Positions 1 to 14,135 of a stretch of 64,000 bases of DNA are shown piece by piece. The notes under the pieces are model-generated. The model was not told the DNA's origin. It did not search any database and saw only the letters and a list, made by a program, of their open reading frames with translations. Within the stretch, counting starts at the first letter, position 1. The number at the start of each line of letters is the position of its first letter. The position numbers were made by a program, and so were the translations under genes. Origin of the DNA: the human T2T-CHM13v2.0 reference genome, Homo sapiens; the NCBI RefSeq assembly GCF_009914755.1, contig NC_060934.1. The stretch is one strand, 5' to 3'.

Positions 1-110
1 GTTTGAAAATTCAAATAATGTCTTACCATTTGTCATAAGAATGAAATCACCTGAGCATTGCAGCCAGGTGAATCTGTGTTCATAAAGAGATATTTTATAT
101 ATATTTATTT

Positions 111-260
111 CTCTAAGCTCCACTCTCAGTTTTCTCATCCATGAAACGCAGGTGAAAATATTTCTAGAGATTTTGTAATGGTAAATATTTGTGTCTGCAA
201 GGAATTTACCACAGGGCTTGACGCAGGGTGTGCAATCGGTAAATTCTGGCTGCTATTATT
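111..260 (+). mobile_element. MIR SINE fragment (core and 3' end)
   Basis: ctcagttttctcatccatgaaa...aaattctggctgctattatt resembles the MIR core and tail. Confidence 0.65.
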
Positions 261-1074
261 ACACACAATTGTGTTACTTGCCCCCTCCTTTTAGTTGTTT
301 TAAAGCAGGAACCACAGCATGGGTATACTGAACCCTTTGGGGAGTGAGGCTATTCCTCCAACCTCTGGAGTCCTGAGGAGGTTCGATCTGAGGGCTGCAG
401 AGGTAGCAGCTGTGAAATTCATCATCACTTTGCTTGCACGCTGACATTGCTTCTTGAATTGCAAGTCACTGCGATTTGCAATTCTTTGCCCCCCCTCATC
501 CCCTGGAAATCTTAGCAAACCAAAGATTGGTATGTCATCACCGTTTTAGAGAACTACAGAGTCATCCCCCAAGATCTTCTGATAGGTACAGCCTTCGGTC
601 TAGGGTACCTGTACCGGAAAAGCAATTATTGTGTAGTGGACCTTGCTCTCTGTGATCTGGGCATTCAGCTACTTCCACCTTCCCATCTAAATAGCTATCG
701 TCCTATTAGCAATAATAACTCTCTCTGCAAATGCTAAAGGGCTCTGTGAGTCAGCTGGGCATCTCAATGGATGGTTTGGGGAACTCTCCAGGACACACAG
801 GGGGTCCAGCTAAGGAGATGGGTTAATGAGTGGCAAAGTTAAATCCAGCATTGGCGTCTTCACAACACCTGATTTATTCATACGTGACGCTCCGGACAGA
901 CCATAACTCCTTTCCGTCTCTTTAGCAGACAGGTGTGTTGCAGTAGAACACAGGTTGTGTGTACAGCAGCCTAGAAGCACACAGGCAGAAGCTCCTTGAG
1001 AACAGTCTCTCCCTCTTAGGGGCATTGCATCTCTTGACGGCCTTTCAGAGAGATTATCCTGCCATGCGCGTTTC

Positions 1075-1200
1075 CATGTTGTTCCCATTTCAGAGGTGAG
1101 AAGACGAGGGCCAGATGGGTGCAGCTACCTGGCTGAGGCACTCATTTGAGAATTGGGATGGAGTGTGATTTGAGTGGGACGTGAGCTGAAGCCTCGTCTA
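1075..1200 (-). mobile_element. MIR fragment
   Basis: cccatttcagaggtgagaagacgagggccaga resembles the reverse-complement MIR core. Confidence 0.5.
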
Positions 1201-1599
1201 CTTCTCATCCGTCCATGAAAAGAGGCTTAGGATTTCTAACACATCCTAAAGCAGAAAACGGCCTTTTAAAAAGTAATCATCTAAATCTGGTACCCACAGT
1301 ACATAAAGGCTTCTCTATATTGAGATTAATTCTTATGCAGAATAAGACCAATGGTCATCATGTTGCTAAGACCTGGAGTCCACTGTTGGGTGTTTTGATG
1401 CACAGAAAAGTAGTGTAAACTATTCACTAAGTGTTCTAACATGTCTCAAAGCAGCATTTGCCCCAGAGAGTTTTGCAGAACTCATTATTTATTATATTAT
1501 TTCTGTATTGACACAATTCTGAATTTCAAATCAGACAGCCCATAAAATATTTCCTCTGGTAAAATACTAGATGTGGAAGAGGTTTCCTGTGCAGTATTA

Positions 1600-1890
1600 G
1601 CTGTGTGCACATGTGTGCCTGTATGTGTGTGCACACGTGTGCGCCTGTATGTGTGTGCATGTATTTGCACGTGTGTGCCTGTATGTGTGTGCCTGTGTGT
1701 GCTGTGTGTGAGGGGGCATGGATGTGTACATAGGTGTGTGCATGCATGCACAAGTATGCGCCCATATGTGTGCGTCTGTATGGGTGTGCATGTGTATACC
1801 TATGTGTGAAAGAGCATGAATGTGTGTGTATATGTGCACATGCATGTGCCTGTATGTATACAGGTGTGTGTTTATATACGTTTGCATGTA
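1600..1890. repeat. Degenerate (TG)n/(TGTA/TGCA)n low-complexity repeat
   Basis: Alternating purine-pyrimidine tract; explains the His/Thr- and Cys/Val-rich ORFs here. Confidence 0.95.
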
Positions 1891-4414
1891 AGTGTCTGTG
1901 GAGAGTTCCTTGGACTTATGGGGCAAACTGAAGTTTTCCTAGAATAAAAAAATTTGGATGGTTCCAGCTGCAGGAGGCATGCAGGTAAGTGAGAGGGTCT
2001 GTGAGGTCCCCAGCAGCACAAGAAGGGACTGAAGACTTGAAGACTCCGGGTTTCCAAGCACCACAGGCAGGGAGCAGAGTTCAGATGCTGTGAGAAAGGG
2101 CAATGCCTGCTTCTAAACCAGGGATTCTTAGAGACGGGGTGGGAAGTCCAGGACAGGCACTTGCAGCACAATTCTGATTTGCTGTGAGTAAAACGAATGT
2201 CAAACCCAGATATCGGCATATGAAGATTAATCATTTTATGAGTTTTTTTACCCCCAGAAAAAAGTTGGTTAAAAAATATCTGAAAATTTTACTCCAGCCC
2301 TTAGTGTCAAATTCTAAAAAATCTTTTAAAAATAAGAGTAAAAAATTAAAAAGGAAAAAAATCTGAAAATTGGCCTTCCAAAGAGGTTTTGAAGATATTT
2401 TACAGAATAATTGTAAACAGCTATTACAGTTTCAACTAAGATGTATTAACTTTAGTGCAGATTTCACTACATGGAACTTTCCCTGATGTTTTTACAAAGC
2501 AATATTTTGTTCCCCTAGTAAAATGATGAGAGCAAAAATAGTTGAAATTTAGATTTTATTTCCTTTCTTTAATCCTGAAAGAAATTAAATCCTGAAAAAT
2601 CTTAAATGTAATAAAGAGATTTCTATAATTTTTTTCCACCAAAGTATTTTATGAGAAATGTATCTTTGCCAATTGGTAAAATAAAATAAAAATACAATAT
2701 TGAGACAAATTGGCATTTATTTTATTGATGTTGGGTTGTGTTTCTAAATGAGGGATAGGCTATATAAAAATTTAGGGTTCTTTAGAAACACAGATGTCCC
2801 TGGTCGAGAAAGAAGTAAAAACTAAATTGAGAAAAATAGTCCCAATTTTACGAGAATTAAAGGAACATATACAAATATTTCTCAGTAAAGTCAATACTAC
2901 TTTTGTCTCTAGGGAGAATAATTAACTATGGCCCCATTCTCCACAGGCTCAAAAGAACACAAAATTGACAAATTCTCTGCTATCAATGACACCCTACTAG
3001 TTCAAAGGTTAGCAATTTAGTCAGTGAGTCACTGATTTCATTTAACATGGTAGCAATTAAATAACTTGGTAATTTAGAATGTGTGATGTTATTTATTTTT
3101 AAGTAACATTTTTATTGTAAAATAAATAATGCTTTGAACCTTGTAATCGCTCTTCAGGTGCATTGCTGACATTTCTTTAGAAGAAGTTTCTAGAAGTGTT
3201 CTAGACAATCCATATGAACACTTGAGGAGTTTTACATACGTTTCTAAATTTGCAAACAGAATCATAGAAAGTATAAGCATATTGCAAGTGCTTAATAAAG
3301 GTTTGATGAACCAGTGAATGAATATGAAAGCGAGTTTCTGAACTTATTTAAAATGGCGTTGATTTACATAATTTAGATTTACAAAATTGGAATTTACACA
3401 CAATGGCCTGGACTTGCCGGTTGCTGAAAATTGAGCAACTCTTTTCCTGCCTTTCAAGTCTTGACTCAACCACGGAACCGAGGACCCAAATGAGGCCCAG
3501 GGCTCTGTCCCAGCTTCCAGGTTAACTCAGGCACCGCCACATACCTCACCTCCTGCCAGTGCTCAAGTCATTTGCCTTCTCTGAGTCTATCCGGAAGACA
3601 GACTTCTATACCCATCTCACTGAGTGATACTTAAACGTGAAATCTTTAACCTTCTAATTAAAGGCAGTATAAGTACAAAGATTAAGATAGAATTCCAAAT
3701 GTACATTCACTTCCTCGAATAGCCACAATCTAAACAATCGTCTCTGAAACACAGCATTTGGACCATTGGTTTTCAGCTTCTGCATTCTGCCTTCTCATGA
3801 CCGTAGAAGGAAACAAGGAGAAACCATGAGACAGTGTAATATGAACACGTCAGTTGTGGCTCTAATTTTCACTTCCCTGGAATGGCCGAGGGCCCCTCTC
3901 TGCAGAACCTGGGCTTGGGAACCAGGAGATTCGCACGGCTCCCAGGATTCCGCACATCTGGAGCCTATCTTTATGGCTGTTGGAGGCCTTTCAAGGCTTG
4001 ATTTCAATGGTGGGGAAAAGATTAAAACCCTTCAAGCTCAGAGATGTTTCAAATACGATGAACTCTTTTCTTCCCTGTTGATTTTATATGTTTTTTATGC
4101 CTGGTACAAAATAAAAATAATTTCAGAAACTCTCTCAGGACTATTCAGGATATAATATTATTATTAGATACGTCTGTTTCCCCCACACCCTGCTGCCTAT
4201 TTTTTCTTTGTTAGCCTTACTGCAGAATTTTCATTTTCATGGAGGAGGGAAGGGAGAGAAGAGGGGTTTTTTGGACTATTAGATGAAGTTTGGTGATCAG
4301 GACCTAAAGATACAGTTGTAATGGTTCCTGTAGGCTTCCCTGGAAGTCCCTTCCTGTGGACATCCTAGAATGTTGTTAAGGAGCTTATGGTTGGGTTTAT
4401 TACAACAGTGAGTA

Positions 4415-4645
4415 AGAATACAGGAATTGAAGTCAATGACTCCTAGATTTAAATCCTGGCTCCACAACATGCTAGTTGTATAACCATGGGTAACTTATTT
4501 ATTCTTGCTAATCCCGTTTCCTCCTCTAGAAACTGAGAATATAATTCCTATTTTACAGAGCTCTTAAATAGCTAGTGTATGTATAACACGTAGCACCACC
4601 ATATCTACAGAACTCATTCAATAAGTAGCAACTGTTAGTGCTATT
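4415..4645 (+). mobile_element. MIR
   Basis: aaatcctggctccacaacatgctagttgtataaccatgggtaactta...gtttcctcctctagaaactgagaat follows the MIR consensus. Confidence 0.7.
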
Positions 4646-4699
4646 ATGACATGATTAATGATTTTGGATTATTTTTACTTAATATTTTTATTTAACGGT

Positions 4700-4820
4700 G
4701 TTTATGTAGCATTTTAATGTACTTTTCTCATTTAGTCCATGCAATCCCTGTGAGAAAGGCAAGTCTGATGTGATTATCCCATGTTAAAGTGTCAGTAGTT
4801 GAAACTTAAAGGGTTAACAT
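4700..4820 (-). mobile_element. MIR fragment
   Basis: tctcatttagtccatgcaatccctgtgag...attatcccatgtta...gaaacttaaagggttaa. Confidence 0.55.
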
Positions 4821-4839
4821 CAAAATAATTAACTTAAAA

Positions 4840-5500
4840 TGAGCTTCCTTAATGAAAACAAAAAAGTAAAATAATCTGTTAGAAAAATGGGGATAAGGTC
4901 AAGAAAACAATTAACAAAAGAAGCACAAGCCACTGATAAAGATATGATAAAAAGCCAATCCGGATTAATCATCAAAAATTACATTAAATTAATAGAGCAG
5001 TGCTCTATTAAATTATTTTAAAAGGAAAGACTTAAAAGGAGATTATAGTGCTGTATTAAGGATTTTCCAGGGTAATTGGCAATATGAATAAATAGTATTA
5101 AACATGGTTATGTCTTTCACACTAATGTAATGATTCTAGGTGTACCTTCAGAAGAAATTAACATAGAGTGAACAAATTTTATTTATGAGGATGTTTTCTA
5201 CAGAATTTATATAAATAAATGCTAAGAAAGAAAAATTTCTTCGTTACCCCAAATGACAATGATTTAATAATTTGGGGCATGTCGACTGTTTGAGATTCTA
5301 TCTTACTACTAAAATGTATTAAAATTGTGTTTTCAGAGAATACTTAATGACATGGAAATATAGTTTTCATATTAAGTAAAACATATGGCAAGATAATAAC
5401 AACATTACAGAAGTAAGTCCCAACTTTATTTAAATATACACGTATGCACACATGCACATAAACTTTGATGAATGAAGAAAAACACACCAAAATATTAACA
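4840..5500 (+). mobile_element. Ancient L1M (L1ME/MC-like) 3' fragment
   Basis: A-rich decayed ORF2-end/3'UTR motifs (ataatctgttagaaaaatgggg..., gtaattggcaatatgaat..., ttctaggtgtacc). Confidence 0.55.
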
Positions 5501-5742
5501 GTATTGATCTTTTTATTTTCCTTATATCCATTAATAATTTCAAGTTAATAACAATGCACATGTGTTCATTTTTGTGGTCAGAGAACAAATCGTGAGAGAA
5601 GACAGAAGGAAAAAGGCTAAATAACCCATGAAGGCTCACACCACTCATTGCTGACAGACCCAGGACAAGCAGTCACATTTTCTGATCTGTAGGGTCCTTC
5701 TCTGTATCTGTGTGCTAACATCAGCATTGACCCAACCTTTAA

Positions 5743-6301
<559 letters not shown>

Positions 6302-7033
6302 TGATGATTTTAAAAACGTCTTAAGCAAAAGTTTAGCCTGAAGAAACACACTCCAGAAAGTCTTTTGCTTTCTGGAAACCTTATTACTGTGACTGTAAAA
6401 CACGATTGCCCTGTGTAGTCACCTAAAAATTGTGCTTCACAAAGCCTTTAGAAAGAATCATGGAACACCCTGTCCAGGTGAGGGGAGGAGCAGAAGGGGG
6501 TGGCGCTCTCTTCCCCTCGTCCCACCTTTTCATTAAAGCCACCTTGCTTTTATCTGTTTTTGAAAATTGAACTCACTTGAAGGGATTTTTCTAGAGGCAA
6601 AAACAAAGTTAAGAATAATCAGATCAACTAATACTAGAGATAGCTTTCAGTTCTGGAATTCTATTTCATGCCCAGTTTCAAGTATAACTGCTGAGTAAAT
6701 TCGTGGAGTGCAAACTTCTGCCAGTCTTCTGAGCTTGTGTCTAGGTATTCAAGTAAGTTTCTGGCATTCCCCTCCTGGGATATAGCTGCAAGCTTGCTGT
6801 GCTGTGTAACAACTGATAGTTATGGAGAAACCCTTTTGTTTTTAAACCACGATTTATCAGAATTTATGTAGTGATGACAACTTAGGGAGTAGGGGACGGA
6901 GTGGATGAGAATGCATTTAGTGCTGAATAGGTTTTTATTTGCTTGTTTGTTTCTTTAGTTTTTTTAAGTTCTATTTATGCTCTTGGCTGAGTGGACCTGG
7001 ACAGCGCAGGAATTCACTAGAAAAGCGGAGGAA

Positions 7034-7273
7034 GTTGGGAGGGCGAGGCGGGCGGATCGGATCATGAGGTCAGGAGATGGAGACCATCCCGGCTCACACG
7101 GTGAAACCTCGTCTCTACTAAAAATACAAAACATTGTCTGGGTGTGGTTGTGCGCGCCTGTCGTCCCAGCTACTCGGGAGGCTGAGGCAGGAGAATTGTT
7201 GGAACCCGGGAGGGCAGAGCCGAGATCGCGCCACTGCACTTCAGCCTGGGCGACAGAGTGAGACTCTGTCTCA

Positions 7274-7300
<27 letters not shown>
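7034..7300 (+). mobile_element. 5'-truncated Alu (AluSc/Y-like)
   Basis: Alu body plus A tail; TSD agaaaagcggaggaa (7019-7033) / agaaaagtggaggaa (7301-7315). Confidence 0.93.
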
Positions 7301-7306
<6 letters not shown>

Positions 7307-7902
7307 GTGGAGGAAAACTGCCAGTCGCCTGACTAGTTTGCCTTTTCGAAGAGAGAAGGGGAATTAGCATATGCTATTTAGTCTTTTTACAACACTTCTG
7401 TTGACTCAACCTGATATTCTTCTGTAAAATCCATCTGGAATGTTTACAGAAGGAACATGCTCTTTATGGAGTTATTAATGAAAAGGCAGATTGACGCCAT
7501 TCTAGTAATAGGATTTATTACCAAGGGTGGTAGTATTTTTTGCACAGGGCTTTGCTGCCTGCAGGTTAAATATTCACAGGCATATTTGCTGATTGTATGA
7601 CAATAGTCTATAATTCTTTCCCATTACACAGTTTAAGCATCTTTCTCTCACACCAATGTTTCAGAAGCAGCAAAGGATGCTGGCTACCAACTTTAGTCAG
7701 CCGTCGGAGGTTAACCTAATGAAAACTGGCTTTTAGGTCATGCGTAATTAAATCGTCATATTTAAAATTCAAAAAGACTTGTATTTTCTATGGGAAAATG
7801 ATATTATTTTAGTGATAAAATGGAAAATTCCAAATTCTGAAGCTGAACGACACATAACATCCATAGACATGCCCTTGAAATAAACAAGTGTGGGGGGGTT
7901 AA

Positions 7903-8007
7903 TTTTGTTTGTTTGTTTGTTTGTTTTGTTTTGTTTTGAGACAGAGTTTCACTCTTGTCGCCCGGGCTGGAGTGCAACGGCGCATTCTTGGCTCACTGCA
8001 ACCTCCA
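7903..8007 (-). mobile_element. Alu 3'-end fragment (Sp/Sq-like) with (GTTT)n tail
   Basis: gagacagagtttcactcttgtcgcccgggctggagtgcaacgg...gcaacctcca. Confidence 0.9.
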
Positions 8008-8711
8008 TCAAAATTTCATGTCTGATGAATTCAAAGGAAATTCAACCTTTTTTCACAGAAAGGATAATGTTGAATTTTTTTTTGTCAACACTCTCAATAG
8101 ATCACTGCACTATCATAATTCAGGCTAAAAGAGTATAGCAAGAATGGCAGGAATCCATCGGGACTAACAATGTCGCCTGAACAAAAACATATTACATTTC
8201 ATCACCTCCTGTGGAGCCAAATGCGATAAGAGAGAGAAAGAGAGCCATTACCTGGTAGAATCGACCAGGTAATTTTATCTGAAGTAAATACAACATGTAT
8301 TTCTCACTCACAGACACACATAGAACATGAACCTAAGACCCCAGGTGGCTGCAACCTCTGGGGCACGTGCGATGGCGTAACATAGAAATAACGTGCCCAG
8401 CGGGCAAGATGTTCCCAGCAGCACTCTGCCTGGAAGATGATCTCTTCCTGCCCAAAGCTAAGACAGGCTCCATAAACCTTCCTTTCTTGGGATACTTGAA
8501 ACTATACTCAACTAATGATGGCAAAAAAGAAGCCACTTTATGGTGCCCGTGATGAGGAAGTAACAATTTCTACGTTCGAGGAGTTTACAAGACAACTAGG
8601 AATAGAACTAGAACATAGAAGAAGAGCATCCTCACATTGTTCATGGATTCATGGCGTAATAAGCACTGCGTGCAGCAGCAGTCAGATCAGAAAACTTTGC
8701 AGAAGGCAGAA

Positions 8712-9040
8712 TTCAGAAATTCAAATGCCTGGGTGATCAGGAGGTAAATAAAAAATACAGTCACAGCTGGGTGTTGTCCTAGTAAAAATGGGAGCCAGCC
8801 TGGGACTCCAGACCTCCAGAGAGACCAGAGCTGCTATGACGATCTTGTCAACTGTTGTTCTGTGGAAATGCTAATCTAGATTCTGTGTTTTTTTAAGAGA
8901 AAAAAATTCTTCATGTCATGTAGAATATCCTACTATTTAAATGTTAACAAATAATTCACATTTTTAAGTTAAAGAATTGTGTAGGACAAAATAACACGTG
9001 TCTTCAAGCAAATGTAGCCTGAGATGCTCTTGACCCTCAA
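8712..9040 (+). mobile_element. MER102-like hAT-Charlie DNA transposon relic
   Basis: aaattcaaatgcct...gaggtaa start and tttaaatgttaacaaataattcaca...ggacaaaataacacgtgtc match the remembered MER102 layout. Confidence 0.55.
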
Positions 9041-9099
9041 TTTCTGGTCCCTGACTTTGTCTGAAACGTGAAGACCTAAGGACAGAAAAGCAATGAGAA

Positions 9100-9451
9100 T
9101 GTCTTAGTCCATTTGTGCTCCAGTAACAGAAGATCTGAGACTGAACAGTTTATAAAGAATAGAAATTCATTTCTCACAGTTCTGGCGGCTGGGAAGTCCA
9201 AGATCAAGGTCTTGGCATTTGGTGCCTTCTGAGGGCTCTGTCGTCCACAGGGTAAAAATTCTATGGCCTCTCATGGAAAAGGTGGAAGGTAAAAGGGGGA
9301 GAATTCTGTGGGTCAAGCCCTTTTATAAGTAGGCTAATCCTGGGGCCTTCAGGACTCTACACCTCTCAAAGGCCACCTCTCCCATAGGGTTGCATGGGGA
9401 TTATGTTTTAACATGAATTTTAGAAGGGACACAAATATTCACAGCATATCA
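9100..9451 (-). mobile_element. MaLR solo LTR (MLT1A/MST-like)
   Basis: TG...CA ends; ttctcacagttctggcggctgggaagtccaagatcaagg; perfect 5-bp TSD gagaa (9095-9099 / 9452-9456). Confidence 0.9.
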
Positions 9452-10649
9452 GAGAAGTCTCTGCAATGGCCATAAAGACCACGAAATGAGGAGGAATAAT
9501 TCTGGAAAAAATGGCACAGAAAAGAACCAAAGGAAGACACAGAAATAGAATGAGGAAGGAGGAGGAACCAATGGAATTAAGATATAAGCATTTTCTGCAG
9601 CCATGCCTGAGCCTGAATCCCACCGGCATGGCAGCGTGAACCGTGGAGTTACTATTAGGCTTGCACAGCATAGCATTTAATTGTTAAATATGTGTAAATG
9701 CATGATAATTGTAAACAAGTTATGGTCCATCACGTAACTTGAGATTAGTAAATTCAAACAAATCCTTTCTGTTAATCTCATGAAACCACAAATTAACAGC
9801 AAAAGCAGCTTCTGATATTTTTAAAGAGAGGAATATGATCTAGGTAGGAAGCCAATGAGCAATTGTAACCAAGATTTGCTGTCTGGAGGGGCTGATCAGA
9901 TAAAACCACCCCTCGTGGGATTCTGAGTAAGCAAGTAAGGCAGGATCTGTTTGGTCATCCCAAACGCTTCATGTTCAAGGCAGACATTGCAAAATTTAGG
10001 AACAATGGGGAAAGGTCCATGGCTTTTCATATCCAAAGTCATTTTTCATGAATCACTGCTATATGATCTTCAAGACAATCCCACATGCTTAAGGAAAGGT
10101 TATCTTTTGAAAAGAACATTCATATTTATACCTATTTTAATGAAGACATAGGAAGCTTTTATTTTAAACACACTATGAAGGTAGGCAATATGGGGATATA
10201 AAAATGCAAGTCTTTGGGAGTCTTAGAAAAACAGAAGGCTCAAATCTTGTTCTCAAGAAGTTTGCAATCTAAGATGATAATTAAAACCAAGATTAAAGCT
10301 AAACCCCAGGGCAGCAGGTCTGCATCATCTTGTTGAGACTGTGCACCTGAGAGGGATGAAGATGGATTTTGCTGATGGACAGGTGGGACTTGAAGCTATG
10401 GTGCTGTGGCTAAGAGGAAACACAGTGGCAGGTATGGACAAAGGGGTGATGGATTGGCATTGAGAGAGAAAAAGGCGAACAGTAGAGACAAGCGTACAAA
10501 CACTTTCAAGAAGGGCAGCAGAAGACAGCACGATGGTTCGAAGGGAGTGGGATCAATGGGGGATTGTGTTTTAAAGGGACACACATCATCACAAGCATGT
10601 AAGCTATAGGGATGATCCTTTCTTCTGGAAAGGGAGGGAAACATTGCTT

Positions 10650-11070
10650 TATTTTTATTTTTTTTTTCTAATTTTAAGTGCTGTGATACATGTGCAGGAT
10701 GTGCTGGTTTGTTACACAGGTAAACGTGTGCCATGGTGGTTTGCCGCACCTATCAACACATCACCTAGGTATTAAGCCCAGCATGCATTAGCTGTTTTTC
10801 TCAATGCTCTCCCTTCCCCCACCCCACACCCCCTGACAGGTCCCAGTGTGTGTTGTTCCTCTCCCTGCGTCCATATGTTCTCGTTTTTTCAGCTGCCACT
10901 TATGAGTGAGAACATGCGGTGTTTGGTTTTCTGTTCTTGTGTTAGCTTGCTGAAGATAATGGCTTCCAGCTCCATCCATGTCACTGCAAAGGATATGATC
11001 TCATTCCTTTTTATGGCTGCATAGTATTCCATGGTGCATATGTACCACATTTTCTTTATCCAGCCTATCA
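10650..11070 (-). mobile_element. L1PA (PA7-10-like) 3' end
   Basis: L1 3'UTR and ORF2 C-terminus (WIKKMWYI..MEYYAAIK); diverged TSD agggaaacattgctt / agggaatcattctt. Confidence 0.93.
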
Positions 11071-11822
11071 AGGGAATCATTCTTGGAAGAAATCACCTGA
11101 GTCAATTAGGAGTGGTGACCTCCCCACCACAGCGAGTCCTGGCCTCTCAGAGGATCAAGACATCTTCTCTCTTTATCAAAAGGCAAGGGTACAGGCTGGC
11201 AGGGTAGTGCATTCAGTCATGGAAAATTGAAGAAGTCCCTATGTGACTGCTTCTATTTTGTGAATAAAGGGTGTTCTGAGCGTCTGAGACGACAGAGGAA
11301 GTTTTGCTATGTAACTTTTGGGAAAGTTGATCCATGAAATATTTGATATGTGTGACAGTTCCCTGGGTATTTGGTCAAGATCTTGTTTTCTTTTTCATCT
11401 GGAAATATCTGACCCAGCCTGTGGCCTTCCAGTGTCTTACTTATGAGACCACTCACAGTGGCTATCTCATCACACCCTGAAAATTCTCCAACTCAGGTTT
11501 TGGAAGCCAAATTCAGGTCTTTTCCCAGAATGCTAAAAAATTTTCTTCACAGTTTAAAGAGGCTGACTAATATTTAATAAGTTTGGGCAGATTTGTTAAT
11601 AAGGAAACCTGGATTTGCTGCTGAAAACATGGAAGTAGGTGGGGTCAGAAGATGGGCTACTCCCCTCTCCACAGGCAGGTGAAGCTCACTTCCGATCTAT
11701 TTTTCTCAGTTAATGTGGAAAAGGTCATCCTTGGAGGAACCTCTAACAGTCCTTGCCATTGGCACTGGTCAACTAGGATGTGCAGAAAGAAGCAGTAGTA
11801 TTTTCTTTCTTAATTCTTATGA

Positions 11823-12163
<341 letters not shown>

Positions 12164-12189
12164 TGTTTTTTTTTTTTTTAAATGGAGTG

Positions 12190-12500
12190 GGCCAGGTGTG
12201 GTGGCTCATGCCTGTAATCCAAGCACTTTGGGAGGTCGAGGCGGGTGGATCACGAGGTCAGGAGATGGAGACCATCCTGGCTAACATGGTGAAACCCCAT
12301 CTCTACTAAAAAATACAAAAAATTAGCTGGGCATGGTGGCAGGTGCCTGTAGTTCCAGCTACTCAGGAGGCTGAGGCAGAAGAATGGCGTGAACCTGGGA
12401 GGGGGAGCTTGCAGTGAGCCGAGATTGCGCCACTGCACTCCAGCCTGGGCGACATAGCAAGACTCTGCCTCAAAAAAAAAAGAAAGAAAGAAAAAAAAGA
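12190..12500 (+). mobile_element. AluY-like
   Basis: gatcacgaggtcaggagat, agaatggcgtgaacc, gagcttgcagtgag; TSD aaatggagtg / aaaaggagtg. Confidence 0.95.
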
Positions 12501-13064
12501 AAAGGAGTGAACTTTGGAATGTCACAGGGATATCCCACCTATATCACCTACTGAATGTGTGACTTTGAACATGTTAACTAGCCCTTTTGAGTCAAGCATA
12601 TCTTCTTACTGAAAGAACAAATTTATAAGCATTGATGCAGACTAAGCATTCACAAATATGAGTTTCCATCCTCTTTCTATCAATCAACTCATCTGTCAAT
12701 GAAAAGCTGATACATTTGTTTGGAGAAAAGCACTTTTTAAATTTCAAATATGGTTGAATATTTTTAAAATTTTATGATTTTACCATAAACATTTTAAATG
12801 CAACTAATTCATGAGTGAATTTAAAGAATTAAATGCTATATTTTCTACAGGACATAAAATCCAAAGTGCAAGACTCTTTATTCAAATAACAGTATCTATC
12901 TCCAAAGAATATCATTGCTTATGGTGTCTTGCTTTGCCCTACATTTATATTAATGTATACATTTATATATGCTTCTTTTTATATATTATTTCTTTATACC
13001 AAAATGATCATTGTTCTTTTGAATTTAACAATATATTTGTCTGAAGAACAAATTTTGAAGATTC

Positions 13065-14135
13065 AAACTACCTGAATTCAGGACTTATGAAGCTACAGTA
13101 ATCAACACAGTATGGTATTGGCATAATGATCAAAAATGGATTTTTGTAACATAGTAGAAATTCTAGTATGGACCCATCACAAAGGGACCTTGACATTTCA
13201 ATGTGGAAAGGAAAGTCTTTCAACAAACACTGTTAAAGAATAGAAAAAATGCAATCATAGGGGAAGATGAGCTCAGACCTTATCTTTCATCACTGAGAAA
13301 ACATAAGAGCTAAAATCATAATGCTCCTGGGAGAAAATGTGAGAGAACTTTATAACGTCAGCATAAGTAAATATTTTCTAGTCAGGACACAAAAGCACCT
13401 ATAGTAAAAGGAAGAGAAATAACAAAAACAATAGCAGCACATAAAAAGATGTTCCACATTATTAGTTATCAAAGAAAACAATGAAAAAACAATGAGTTAA
13501 AGCCTTCCTAAAGTTAAATAATACGATCATATCAAGTAATGATGAGTTTGTGGGACCTTTCATACCTTAATGGTGAGAAGATAAAATGGTACAACCACTT
13601 TAGAAAACCTGCAGTGTCTTAGAAAACTAAACACACGCCCATTCTATGGCCCAGTAATGTCGTTTCTAGGTATTTACCCAAGAGAAATGAAAACATATGT
13701 CCACAGAAATATTTGGGCAAGAAGGTGTATAGCATTCTTATTCATAATAGCCCAATTTAAGAATTCAAATTTTTATCAACAGAAAAATGGATAAGCTGTA
13801 ATTGTACAGTAGAATACTTTTCAGAAATTTGAAAAAGTGAATTGCTGACAAAAGCAGAAACATGGATGAGTCACAAAAATGTGTTGATCTAAGAAGCTGA
13901 ACACAAATGGAAACATTTAGTATGATTTCATGATTATATAAATTAATATAGTTGTTGCCAGTAGGGGTTGAGAATTTGCTGGAACGGCCCCCAGGGAGGA
14001 GTTTCTGGGGTGATAGAAATGCCCCCGTCTTGTTAGGGGTGCTGGTTATGGGGGTATATATTTATTAAAACACATAGACTTACACATTTAAGATCTGTGC
14101 ATTTCATTGTATATAAATCTTACTTCAACTTTAAT
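13065..14135 (+). mobile_element. Old L1M (L1MC/MD-like) 3' fragment
   Basis: aagctacagtaatcaacacagtatggtattggcata...aaatggtacaaccactttagaaaa...tttctaggtatttacccaagagaaatgaaaacatatgtccac. Confidence 0.8.

Noticed and set aside
1497-1931. His/Thr- and Cys/Val-rich ORFs
   Set aside because: Translations of a TG/CA low-complexity repeat that lacks stop codons
6985-7010. Possible REST/RE1 site (GGACAGCGC)
   Set aside because: Only the right half-site is present; the left half does not match TCAGCACC
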